64,000 nucleotides of DNA, taken from NCBI RefSeq assembly GCF_963921235.1, contig NC_086101.1, positions 18,910,001 to 18,974,000 on the forward strand, written 5' to 3'. The notes beneath the pieces are model-generated. The model was given only the letters and a program-made list of their open reading frames with translations, was not told the origin of the DNA and made no database searches. Within the stretch, counting starts at the first letter, position 1. Each line of letters begins with the position of its first letter. Below are positions 1-12,160 of the stretch, one piece after another. A program made the position numbers and the translations under genes. Source of the DNA: Mobula hypostoma (Eukaryota).

Positions 1-338
1 GCATGCTGTAAGATGCCGAGGGGAAAAGAAATTGCATTATACCCCATTGAACAGATACTGGTCTATCTTTAAGTATCCTATATCAACGTGGGGAGATTAC
101 ATTTGTTCAATCTTTTGAGCCACGTGCTACCCACAAATCCTGCTGCCAGAACAAAAGATGGCAGCTTTCCAACCAGCACAGAAATCCTGCAACTGCTATT
201 TCAATGCCAAACTGTTTTAAAATGGCTAAGTATTAACCACTTCACTGCAGAAATGTGCACAAAATACAGAATGAAGAATTTCACATCCCACACATTGACC
301 ATCTCGTTCAGTGATCGTCACGCTTGTGGCGTCTGACA

Positions 339-513
339 TGATTGACGTTCCATCGAGCCAATCAGCTGCGGGAGCCCCCTTCAGACATGCACAGAGGCTG
401 CGGCGCCGATTGACGTGTGATGCACCAATCAGCGCCGGCGCTGCCACCCCCTCCGGAACTCTAACCAATGGGAGAGAAGTCCGCCACCTCCCGCCCTTTG
501 CAGCCGCCATTTT
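339..513 (+). promoter_or_regulatory. CpG-rich promoter of the RBM4-like gene
   Basis: Three CCAAT boxes (358, 425, 465), two GATTGACGT motifs (340, 408) and a YY1-type GCCGCCATTTT (503-513) directly upstream of the first exon. Confidence 0.75.
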
Positions 514-624
514 ACGTCGCGGCAGAGAGACGAGTGGAGGGTGAGCATCGTCCGGCTTCAGGGGCTGTTGTTTCTGCTTCAAAGCTCTCGCTGCGTGTGT
601 TCTCTTCCCCTCCCTCAACATCAG
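505..624 (+). other. RBM4: Probable non-coding first exon (~505-540) plus short 5'UTR intron (541-624) of the RBM4-like gene
   Basis: Donor GAGG|GTGAGC at 541; pyrimidine tract TTCTCTTCCCCTCCCTC and CATCAG acceptor ending at 624, 24 nt before the ATG. TSS position is estimated. Confidence 0.55.
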
Positions 625-648
625 TCGGAGGGTTCAGAGACGAGAAAA

Positions 649-753
649 ATGGTGAAAATATTCGTGGGGAACCTGCCGCGACTGACGACGGCCGAGGAGA
701 TCCGGGCCCTGTTCGAGAAGTACGGCGAAGTGAGCGAGTGTGACCTCATCAAG
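649..753 (+). CDS. RBM4: RBM4/lark-family RNA-binding protein, coding exon 1 (first half of RRM1)
   Basis: [35 protein letters not shown] resembles the RBM4 N-terminus (RNP2 IFVGNL); phase-0 donor AAG|GTAAGC at 754. Confidence 0.93.
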
Positions 754-781
754 GTAAGCGCGGGGGGGCGGGACCTCCGCC

Positions 782-795
782 GCTGCCATGGCAAC
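782..795. promoter_or_regulatory. RFX X-box-like motif at the start of the RBM4 intron
   Basis: GCTGCCATGGCAAC, one mismatch from the palindromic GTTGCCATGGCAAC consensus, inside the CpG island. Confidence 0.4.
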
Positions 796-2252
796 CGGCG
801 GAGTGGCACCCGGCTGCCATGTGATGGCGGACCGGCCTCGTGTGACCGCCCGTATCGTCAGTCTCGCTTAACTGGTTTAGCTAGTTATTGCCTCATTAAC
901 CAAGAGCGCGTGTGTGGAGAGTCTTCCTCTGCAGATGAAGCCTGGTGGGAAGGGGACCCGGTTAACTAAGCAACTTGATTGGCATGGAAGAGTGGGTCAG
1001 CAGGGTCTCCTGTAACCATTTGTTTAGCCCCTCCTGGCGTATGTCGGAAAATTTGTTGTTGTGCGGCAGCAGTACGTAATACAGACTCTTAAAGCGTATA
1101 AAACAGAAGTGTTAAATTAACTAGTGCAAAAAGAGGGAAAAAAGTAGTGAGGTACTTGGGTTCAATGTCCAGTCAGAAACTGATTCGTTGAGTTCAGCTG
1201 CTGTACCTGCTTCCTGATGGGTGGTAGTGAGGGTCCTCTCATGCCTGCTGTAGGACTGGGGATCGTGTTTGAATGGAAGTATCTAATTGAGTACACACTT
1301 TAGGCCTGGGGTTGGATGAACCATTGCAAATAGGCTGAATTTTGTTCACTGTTGCTCTGGCACCACCTTGTTGGGAATCTCAGCGAACCTGGAACTGCCT
1401 GGTGGATGGAAGGTGCGTTGCAATCCGATGCCTTCTGTTCTCCACTTGCCCGGGGAGTGGAAAACAGAGTTGTTTTTCCAGTAGTGACCACTGGCTGTCC
1501 CAACTTTTTAACTTCCTTTCTTAGATACGGGGCCTGAAATTGTTCCCAATACTCCAACTGTGTTCTGACCAATCCCTCGTAAAGCCTCAGCGTTACATCC
1601 TTGGCGTTAAGCCACATGCCATCATGTGCTCTGTGCTTTGTTGCTCAATCAGAATTGGAAACTCCTTCTGTGACAGCAGTATGGGAGAGTTTACTAGTGA
1701 CTTGTGAAAGTGCTAATTCACCAATAAATAAAACAATTAATTAAGCCCATTCTTCCTTCTGGGACATGGGTCACCTACAGCAGCCCGCCAGAGTCCTCTG
1801 TCCAGGGCTGATTGGCCACACAACTTCTCGGCAAGGATCTTTCCTCTCCCAGGGATGAGGTCTTTGGAGCTTCTGTCGCTCCGGGTTTTTAACAGGGTGG
1901 GGTCAGACCCTTGGTCAATCCTCCTCTCACAGCTGGGCTTGGGACCATCCATGGCAGAGTTAACAAACAGCCACTGAGCCTAAGATCTTGTGGATCACTG
2001 AGGCACTAAGCTCTACGGTGCCATCAGAGATTTGCAAGCCACACACCCCGATAGTTTCTTACTGTGGCTGGCGACTTCAACCGTGCTAACTGAAAACAGT
2101 CCTGCCTAAATTCTGTCAGCGAGTTGACTTTGCCACCAGAGTGAGAACATATTAAATCTGGTTAATACCATCATCGTATCCGGCGCATACAAAGCTATTC
2201 CTCGGCTCCACATTGGGCTCGCTGACCACTTAGCTGTCCCACCACTTTAGAC

Positions 2253-3017
2253 CAGCGATCCCCAACTACCGGGCCGCGAGGAAATGATATGAGTCAGCTG
2301 CACCTTTCCTCATCCCCTGTCACGCACTGTTGAACTTGAACATAGGGTTGTCAACTGTCCCGTATTTGCCGGGACATCCCGTATATTGGGCTAAATTGAT
2401 TTGCCCCATACGGGATCGCCCTTGTCCCGTATTTCCCCCGCTAAGGTAGAGCGTTCCTATGAAACCTTTCGTGCCGAAATGGTATCAAGCGAAGAAGCAA
2501 TTACCATTAATTTATTAATTTATATGGGAAAAATTTTTGAGCGTTCCCAGACCCAAAAAATAACCTACCAAATCATACCAAATAACCCATAAAACCTAAA
2601 ATAACACTAAAATATAGTATAAGCAGGAATGATGATAAATACACAGCCTATATAAAGTAGAAATAATGTATGTACAGTGTAGTTGGGAAGATGAAGGCAA
2701 AACTGATTTGTGAGAAAAAATCGGCACGTACCCGCATGCGTACATCACATGCTCAGTCACGCATGCGCACACAGGTGCCTGCGCAAGGCTTCATGGTCAT
2801 GGTAGTCTTTCCTGGGGTAAAGTGTCCCAGGATTTGCCTGCTACTTTTGTCCCTTATTTTGGAGTGAGAATGTTGGCAACCCTAACTGTAAAAGACATGT
2901 TGAGGTGAGTTTAACCCTACTTGAACACCCCCCACCACTACCCCCCGGTTGGCTGGTCTGCAAGAACGTTGTCAATATTAAAGCGGTCTGCAGTGCAAAA
3001 CAGGTTGGGGACCCCTG
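2253..3017. mobile_element. Non-autonomous hAT (Charlie-like) DNA transposon
   Basis: Imperfect TIRs CAGCGATCCCCAAC ... GTTGGGGACCCCTG; exact 8-bp TSD CTTTAGAC at 2245-2252 and 3018-3025. Confidence 0.85.
2343..2919. mobile_element. Nested non-autonomous hAT element (TAGGGTT termini)
   Basis: Ends TAGGGTT ... AACCCTA; exact 8-bp TSD CTTGAACA at 2335-2342 and 2920-2927; an internal second right TIR GTTGGCAACCCTA ends at 2884. Confidence 0.8.
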
Positions 3018-3590
3018 CTTTAGACCATGATTAGGAATGCCTCCTGTTCCATTCCTGATCGCTTGGCTGTCCTCTTCCTACCAGAGGCTAAAGAGCAAGG
3101 CTCCAGAGCTAGGCGCGGGAGGTTTGGGAATGTCGACAGGTTTGCTTCCAGTCGGTGGACTGGGCTGTGTTCAGGGACTCGTCAGATATACAGTGGTTGT
3201 AATGGCTTCATAACAACAGTTGTATGTAGCCGCTTGCTGGTGACAGTGGTGGTGAGATGGTAGGTAAAATGGTGTGAGCCCAACAGCTTGAGTCTCAACG
3301 TGGACAAAACCAAAAGAGATGATTGTGGACTTTAGGCTGCACTCCTTAATGCACATAGATGGCTCCTGTGTGGAGAGTGTTGGAAGTTTCTGGGAATGCA
3401 GAAAATGGACTCTCAACTCCGACTCTTGATAGGGGCATCACCAAGAGTGTCCTGGGCAGCTGCATCAACGTCTGGTTCGGAGACCAACCGCAGGCCCCGA
3501 CAAAGGATTGAGGATCATCAGGGTCTCTCATAGAATCATATTACAGGCCCTTCGACCCACAATGTTGTGACGACCAGTAAGCTACTGTAG

Positions 3591-4246
3591 TGTAAACATA
3601 ACTTTGCTGGATCAAATAACGACAGCACAAAAAGATCGTTACTTATCTTTTCACCTGTTTATTTCTTCGAGCTCAGCCGGCGAGTGAACTCGGACCCGAC
3701 ATCAGGGAGAGACCCTTTCTCATCTCCCCGGCGGTTCTACAAGTTCACTGCCTGATGTCAGAAGTTATAAGGCCACCGATACAAAAGAACAATCAGTTTG
3801 ATAACTATTCCAGTCAAGTCAATGGACTATTGATACAGAGAACAATCAGTTTGATAACCATTCCGGGCAAGTCAGTGGACTGTTGATACAAAAGTACAAT
3901 GAATTTGTTAGACACTCCAGCCACCTTAATTAAAGAAAGGAATGCCCTACCTGGTTTGCTGCAGCCACAACTTAATTACAAAGATAAGAACATCTGTCAA
4001 ATTTATGCTTGAATTAAGAAAGGAATGTTCTGTCTGATTTCCATCAGGTACCGCTTTTTGTCAAAATCAAAAGGTGTGAAAAGCCCAGAGACATCTGATG
4101 TGAATCTGGGCAAACTTGAATTATCTTACTCCAAAGAAGGCAGCTGTGAGACATTATTCAAACACATTGCAGTCACAGACATAGTCAGTACTGAATCCAT
4201 TGTTTACAGGAATCTTGAGAATCCCCCATTCCCTTAAACTTTATCA
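3591..4246 (-). mobile_element. Solo LTR (ERV1-like or Gypsy), copy 1
   Basis: TG...CA termini, 4-bp TSD GTAG (3587-3590 and 4247-4250), minus-strand AATAAA near 3660, ~54-bp internal tandem repeats; homologous to 47227-47872. Confidence 0.85.
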
Positions 4247-4809
4247 GTAGAAGATACCTAGAATTTCCCTACCGCATAGCCCTCTATTTTTCTAAGCTTC
4301 ATGTACCTAAGAGTCTCTTTAAAGACCCTATTGTATGTCTTTCAACCATGAGAGATATTTATCAGCAGCACAGTGTAGGCAGTCCCTTAGCATTGTCAGT
4401 GATCCCTCCCATCCAGCTGACAATCTCTGACCCCCACCATCAGGCAGGAGGTACTGTTGCATCAGGACAAGGACTGTTAGAATGGGAAACATTTCCAGGC
4501 GGTGAGGCTACTGAACTACCTGTCACCATCCAGGTCTCATCATGTATGAAGTGCCAGTAGTGTTATACTTTTTAACTTGTGTTGTATATGCACCTTATTA
4601 TTAATTTATTTGTGGTAATATGACTTGGTGTGAGTTATACGCACTGTGTGGTGCGCCTTGGTCCAGAGGAACATTGTTTCATTTGGCAGTATACTTCCAT
4701 GGTTGAATGACGATGAACTGAACTTGAGCTTTAAAGGCCCTGTGTGGTGGATTTTTACTAGATTATAGACTATTCATTGATTCATTGGTCTGTGCCTGTT
4801 CCCAAACAG

Positions 4810-5116
4810 AACTATGGATTTGTGCACATGGACAACAAGGAGGCAGCCAAGGAGGCGATTCAGGGTCTGCATCACTACAAGCTGCATGGAGTCGCCATCA
4901 ACGTGGAGGCCAGCAAGAGCATGACCAAGTCCTCCACCAAGCTCCACGTGGGCAAAGTGAGCCCCAACTGTACGAGCGAGGAGCTTCAGGCCAAGTTCGA
5001 GGAGTATGGAACCGTGCTGGAGTGCGACATCATCAAGGATTACGCCTTTGTGCACATGGAGAGAGGGGAAGATGCTATGGCAGCCATCAAAGGGCTGGAT
5101 GGCACAGAGTTAAAAG
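4810..5116 (+). CDS. RBM4: RBM4-like coding exon 2 (rest of RRM1 and most of RRM2)
   Basis: CAG|AAC acceptor; NYGFVHM...[17 protein letters not shown]...TKLHVG...[15 protein letters not shown]...; phase-1 donor G|GTAC at 5117. Confidence 0.95.
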
Positions 5117-6639
5117 GTACAACTACCATAGGGCACTTGTGCTAGTGGGGTAGGAAGGGGTGCTTGGTGTTGCCAGCAGCTACAGAGCCATGGTGTTACT
5201 CTGGGGTTCGTGGGGTTAACAGCTTGAAGGCTTCATCTAGTCTCCTGGGTTTTTACTGAACATTGGGTTTTATTGAGTGTGTTGAAACTCATTGATAATC
5301 AAGGGGTGAAAAATTTCTGTTAATGGTTGGGAAGACCTAACGTAACAGACATAAGACATGCTATCCGATCTCCTCTCCACCTCTTTATAATGTCGTGACC
5401 AGAACTGAGCACAGTATAGCTTTACCAATTATTGTTTCCCTGTTTTAACCCTCCTACCCTCTGTACTTCTCTCCTGCTTTTCCTTTGGTCTCATCCAGGA
5501 ATAACACCCTACTGCCATTACCTTCCTCCCATTTTAACAATATCCACTGTTTCATTTCTTCATGTACCACTTCACTTTTAAATCCGCTGTCGTTGCCGTT
5601 TTTATATTTTTCATCTATCTCTTCCTGAAAGTGCTAACTTGTGACTGTTCTCGTCTTGAGTAGAATTTTTCAGTGTTGGATGTTGGCCAGTGTGTTTTGT
5701 CACAAACTTTGCTGTGCTCTGCCAATTTTTAAGGCTGATCCAGACTTTGCAGCTTTGGTAATGTGGTTAATCCAGAGCTGAGCTTTATTTTCATACCAAT
5801 TTTCACTTGTAACATCACCGAGCTCCACCCTCACTAAACTTGCTCTCTGCTAAACTTTTCAATTGGCTGCCCTTTCACATTGTCTTCCACAAATAAGCAC
5901 CTGAAAATCTGCTATCTGTGTCCGAATGCAGACTGTAAATCCATTTGCCCCTCTTCTCTCAATTGCCCACTGACCAGGTTGGGTTCCACTTTGATTTTAA
6001 ATTTTCCATCCTGTCCCCTCGTTTTTTTTTATCGAGGCCTGTCCCATCCATGTAACCTTCCAGTCCACTTGCCCTGGGCTACATCTGCTCTCCTTCACAT
6101 TCAGGCCCCAGATTATCTATAAAATGCACTCGTTCAGATTAACGCCATTGCTTCCAGCTGCTGTTTCTGAAGTTGTACAATATCTTCTTAAGCCCTTACC
6201 TTTTGATTTTGGTGGTTTCTTAAGACTGACCTCGGACCCTGGAGTTTGAAGTTCCCTTTTGAAAGGGGAAGAGTTTATTGGCAATCTATAGAGAGGAATA
6301 AGCAGTTGATGCTGCCCGACCCACTCCAGCATTGTGTGGGTGTGGCGTTGCTCTGGGTTTCCAGCATCTGCTGAATCTTATTGGTACAGTGTTAGTGAGC
6401 TAGGTTTTTACTGTTTGTGTTATTTATATCCATGCTATCCTGTCTGGTGATCATTTCTAAAGCTTGATCGCGCCCTTTATTGTTCTGCCTCATTAGCATC
6501 AGAGGGCCTGATTTACCTTGACTGACAAAGTGTCAGCTTCTGAGTTTGTTTGCCATCCTTGTGAAATGCGGCTGGGCTGTTTCACACACTTTTATAGTTA
6601 CAGGGTGAAACTGTTGGCATGAGTTGTCTTCAGTGTCAG

Positions 6640-7330
6640 AATCATCAGCATATGTCATGAATTTTGTCAATTTTGAGGCAGCAGTACAATGCTATACATG
6701 ATAAATATAGAGGCAAATTAATTAGATTAAGTATACATGTAAAATAGTAAAAATAAATAGTGCAAAAACATTAAAAAGAAGGTATAGAGGTAGTGTTCAG
6801 GGGTTGAATTTCCATTCAGAAATCGGATGATAGGGGAAGAAGCTGTTTCTGAATCACTGAGTGTATGCCTTCGGGCTTCTGTACCTCCTTCCTGATGGTA
6901 ACAGTGAGAAGAGGGCATGTCCTTGGTGATGGGGTCCTCAATGATGGACACCAACTTTCTGAGTATTCTCCTTGAAGATGTCTGTGGAGGCTAATACCCA
7001 AAATGGAGCTGACTAATTTTACAACTTTCTGTAGATTCTTTCAATCCATTGCAGTAGTTGCCCAATACCAGACAGTGATGCAGGAAGTTTGAATGAATGC
7101 TTTCCATGGTGCATCTGTAGAAGTTTGAGTGTTTTAGGCGACAACCAAATCTCCACAAAATCCTAATGAAAATGTACATCAATATGTTGGAACCAGGTTA
7201 GATCCTTAGAGATCTTGCCACCCAGGAACTTGAAATTGCTCACTCTCTCCACTTCTGATCCTTCAGGATTGGTTGGTGTTCCTTAGTGAACTTCAGAAAG
7301 GGTAAGACAATCAGCTCTTCGGTCTTGCTG
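6640..7330 (-). mobile_element. Decayed Rex1/Babar-type LINE 3' fragment
   Basis: Antisense match to the 3' region of the LINE at 22700-23300 (e.g. GGCTTCTGTACCTCCTTCCTGATGGTAAC). Boundaries approximate. Confidence 0.6.
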
Positions 7331-8807
7331 ATGTTGAATGCAAGGTTGTTTTAAATAACCTGCAGCTTTGGATGTTGAATAACTTGTAGGGCTTTGGTGA
7401 CAGAACAGGGCATGAGCAGGAGGGAGTGTGAGATCACTGCTAGTCCCCTCTATGTAGACCTGGTGGAATGAATACCTTCCTGCCGTGCAGTAACGTTTCC
7501 CTGCTGGGACTAAAAACAGTGCTCCTTATCTTTTATTTAGAATTGTTCTTGAGTGAGCTGGAGGTTAGCATTCAGCACCCTACTCGCAACCTATCTGGGA
7601 GGATTTCCTGGTCTGTTTGCTCCTTGATCTGGCCTAGCAGCTGTTCACCGGTCCAGACAGTGGACACCAGTGGGGGATTTTGCCCTGGTGTCCCTGGATA
7701 TGGAACATGTGGTGTCCATGGTTACAATGGGGGATTTTTGGGAACAGTGGGCCCCTCGGGTTTGAGCTTGCAAATAGTGATCTCCATATTTTAATTTGAA
7801 ACTGTAAATTGTGTGTTTTATAAAGTCCTGAATTATCTATTGTGTTATTTAAAAGCTTGGTGAGATTGAGACAGCCAATAAGCAGTAGATCTTTCTCCCT
7901 TTTGTTAGATTTGTCTTAATTAATCCTCAGTCTTTGAGGAACCAGACTCTTTCCATTCAATCAGTAGCACAGGAAAATAGACTCTGTTAGGCTGCGGGGC
8001 TGGTGAAAGACCATGTGGTTTCAATTGAATTGTAGGAAGGGTGAACACGCTTTTTAATTATTTCTGGTGTGCAGCCCCTGATTTACAATAACTGTGTTTA
8101 CTTACTGTAAAACAAAACAGTTTAGCAATATTGCTCTGACTACATCTTTTGTATGTGCTTGCATTCCTGTGTGTGTGTATCCAGCAGAAGAATTGTAAGA
8201 GTAGTTACAGCTGTGTATTTACCATTCCTTTCACTACGGTGGGATCCCCATTGTACATTTACAGCCAAATGACATGCATGTGTGTATCACACACAAGATG
8301 CCACAACTGCATTGTTAGTGTAAAAAGGAATGGTTGGTGTTACCCCCGTGTAAAACCATGTCATTTGAAACAGGATGTTGTATCAGACTTTTGCTTTGCT
8401 GTTTGGAAACTATCCGTTAACTAAATGTAGCAATCAATTTTGGGAATAGTTTCACATCTAGATTTTCTATCTTTATTAAGAGTTATTCTGCAGCCGTGTG
8501 AATGGATGTTAGGTGGGTTTGTGTGATGTGAACCCGTGCCCAGTCACTGGTAGAATCAGCATGGTTAAATCAGGTATATTGTACTATATGAAGCCATTTG
8601 CCCCATTCCTGTCAGCTCTTTGAACTGCCCTCTGCTGCCCTATTACTGGAACACTGTACTCTCCCACCTTTGCACGTATTACAGACATCACATCACAGTG
8701 ACTTTTAAATTAAAGGGAAATAATCTGCAGGCCCTGCTTCCCCTTGCATCTCCTTCAGGCGGCCGATACAGAAGCCTAAAGTCCCACACCACCAGTTTTC
8801 CCTTCAA

Positions 8808-11800
8808 CCATAAGATATAGGAGCAGAAATAGGCCATTCGGCCCATCAAGTCTGCTCCACCGTTCCCTCATGGGCTAATCCAATTCTTCCAATCATCCCC
8901 ACTCCCCTGCTTTCTCCCCATACCCTTTGCTGCCCTAGTTAATCAAAAACCTATCTATCTGTGCCTTAAATGCACCCAGTGACATGGCTTCCACAGCTGC
9001 TCGTGGCAACAAATTCCACAGATTTACTACCCCCTGACTAAAGTAATTTCTCCGCATCTCTATTCTAAATGGACGTCCTTCAATCCTGAAGACGTGCCCT
9101 CTTGTCCTAGACTCCCCTATCATGGGAAATAACTTTGCCGTATCTAATCTGTTCAGGCCTTTTAACATGCGGAATGTTTCTATGACATCCACCCCCCCCC
9201 CCCCCCATTCTCCTGAACTCAGGGAATACTGCCCAATAACTGCCAGATGTTCCTCATACGGTAACGGTTTCATTCCTGGAAACATTCTCATGAATCTTCT
9301 CTAAATCCTCTCCAATGTCAGTACATCCTGTCTAAAATAAGGAGCCCAAAACTGCGCACAATACTCTTAAGTGTGGTCTTGTGAGTGCCTTATAGAACCT
9401 CAACATCATATCCCTGCTCTTATATTCTATACCTCTAAAACTGAGTGCCAACATTGCATTCACCTTCTGCATCACCAACTCAACCTGGAGGTTAACCTTT
9501 AGGGTATTTTGCACAAGGACTCCCAAGTTCCTTTGCATCTCTGCATTTTGAAATCTCTCCCCATCTAAATAATAGTCTGCCGGTTTATTTTTTCCACCAA
9601 AGTGCATGACCATATACTTTCCAACATTGTATTTCATTTGCCACCTCCTTGCCCATTCCCCTAAACTACTCGAGTCTCTCTGCAGGCTGTCTGTTTCCTC
9701 AACACTACTCGCTCCTCCAACTATCTTTATATCATTGGCAAATTTAGCCACAAATCCATTAATCCCATAGTCCTAATCATTGACATACATTGTAAAAAGC
9801 AGCAGTCCCAACACCAACCCCTGTGGAACTCCACTGGTAGCCAGCAGCCAGCGAGAACAGGATCCCTTTATTCCCACTCTCTGTTCTCTGCCGACTAGCC
9901 AATGCTCCACCCATGTTGGTAACTCCCCTGTAATTCCATGGGCTCTTATCTTGCTAAGCAGCCTCATGTGCTGCACCCTGTCAACCGCCTTCTGAAAATC
10001 CAAGTACACCACATCTACTGCATCTCCTTTGCCTACCTTGTTGTAATTTCCTCAAAAATAGCAGTAGATTAGTCAGGCAGGATTTTCCTTTCAGGAAACC
10101 ACGCTGGCTTTGGCCTATCTTGTCATGTGCCTCCAGGTATTCCATAATCTCATCCCTAACAATCAATTCCAACAACTTCCCAACCACTGGTGTCAGGCTA
10201 AAGGCTGATTTATACTTGTGCATCAAATGCGCGCCGTTGTATGGCGTAGCGATGTACCTATGCTGTACTCTACGTCATAGCCTAACGCGCACCTCTCCCA
10301 AAATGTAACTACGCGTCACGGCGACGCAGACCTCAAAAAGTGTGATTGGTCTGCTTGGTAGCATTGCATTTCTTCCTACGCTGCAATAGCTTCCCATTGG
10401 GCGACTGAAGGGCAGGGAAGGAACTCTGGCTGCAATACTTTCCATAAAGCTTCACAGACCTCCGAAATTATGGAGGACCGTGTGCTTGACGCCAGTTTGT
10501 AGCTAACTGCTACAGTCTATTGACTTCAACCTGAAGCTAAAACTCGAATGGTGATTGCCGGTCTCTGAGTTTACTGTGTGTACGCTGATGCGAAATAAAT
10601 GGTTGGAGACAATGAACCAAATTGTCAAATCTACCTGCTGACATCCAAAAATATTTGAAATGCATTTCCTCGTCCATGTCTCTCAGTGGCCGGACAAGCA
10701 CAGAAAATTCACCCTCCTTCAGTTTCAGTCGCCATTGTTTGAAGTTTGAGTTTCTTCGTGTTGAGTTTCAACATGAAGAAACTCAACACAGTGGCATAGA
10801 AACCCCACCGCCAACTAACGTTTTGGCGGTGAATTGCAGAGCAACGCAGACACACTAACACACATGTATAAATGCTCACAACGGCGTAGCTCACTTACAT
10901 AAGCTAGTACGCACAAGTATAAATCAGCCTTTACAGGTCTATAGTTTCCTTCTGCTGCCTCATACCCTTCTTAAATAGCGAAGTAACATTTGCAGTTTTC
11001 CAGTCATACGGTACAATGCCAAAATCTTATCGATTCTTGAAAGATTATCGTTAATGCCTCCACAATCTCTCCAGCTATTTCCTTCAGAACCTGAGGGTGC
11101 ATTCATCACATCCAGGAGATTTATCCACCCTCAGACCATTGAGTGTCTTGAGCACCTTCTCGGTCGTAATTTTCACTGCACATACTTCATTTCCCTGATA
11201 CTCTTGAATGTCCGGTATACTGTAGATGTCTTCCACTGTGAAGAGTGATGCAAAATACGCATTCAGTTCCTCTGCCATCACTGTGTCTCTCATTACAATA
11301 TCTCCAGCGTCATTTTCTATTGGTCCTATATCTATCCCCAACTGTCTTTTACTCTTATATATACTTAAAAAAGCTTTTAGAATCTTCTTTGATATTAGTC
11401 GCCAGCTTCCTTCCTACTGACCTTCTGAGTTTCCTTCTGCAAGTTTTTAAAAGCTCCCCAGTCCTCTATCTTCCCACTAGCTTTGGCTTCCTTGTATGCC
11501 CTTTCAATTGGTTTTACTTTGGCTATGGCTCACTTGTCGGCCACGGTAGTGTCCTTCTTCCATTTGAAAATTTCTTCTTATTTGGAATATATCTGTCTTG
11601 AATTTCCCTCACTTTTCACAGCAACTCTCGCCATTGCTGATCTGTCCTTCCTGCTAGTGTCCCTTCCCAGTCAACTTTGGCCACTTCCCTCTCATGCCAT
11701 TGTAACTTCCTTTATTCCACTGAATTACTGACACATTGGAATTTAGCTTCTCCTTCTCAAATTTCAAAGTGAACTTGATCGTATTGTGATCACTGTTCCT

Positions 11801-11955
11801 TAAGGGTTCCTTGACCTTAAGCTCTCTTATCACCTCTGGATCATTGCACAACACCCAATCCAGCACAGCCGATCCCCTAGTGGGCTCAACAACAAGCTAT
11901 TCTAAAAAGTCATCCCTTAGACATTCTACAGATTCTCTCTCTTGAGGTCCAGTGC
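8808..11955 (-). mobile_element. CR1-type LINE, decayed, interrupted by a MITE
   Basis: Minus-strand peptides LDWVLCNDP...SDHN (end of APE domain), VYLDFQKA, SGVPQG, KFAND, SRTRGH; frameshifted. Confidence 0.9.
10202..10930. mobile_element. PIF/Harbinger-type MITE inserted in the CR1
   Basis: Perfect 20-bp TIRs AGGCTGATTTATACTTGTGC / GCACAAGTATAAATCAGCCT flanked by TAA and TTA; the CR1 sequence resumes on both sides. Confidence 0.85.
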
Positions 11956-12160
11956 TGGCAGTACATCACTATTAGCACTTCATACAGCAATAGACTTTGG
12001 GTGTTTTGTGTGGTTTCTGGTATAATTTGTATTTGTGAATGTTGTGTCCAATACTGTGCTTGTGATGTTGCTACAAGTAAGTTTTTCATTGTACCTGTTC
12101 ATATGATAACGGACTCCTCCTTGGATCCGTGTAATGACTGGGCTCTTCTCTCCATCCAAG

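Noticed and set aside
541-969. ORF-track starts and ends at 541-969, 4777-5145 and 12001 as separate genes
   Set aside because: They are RBM4 exons extended into intron sequence; splice sites define the real boundaries.
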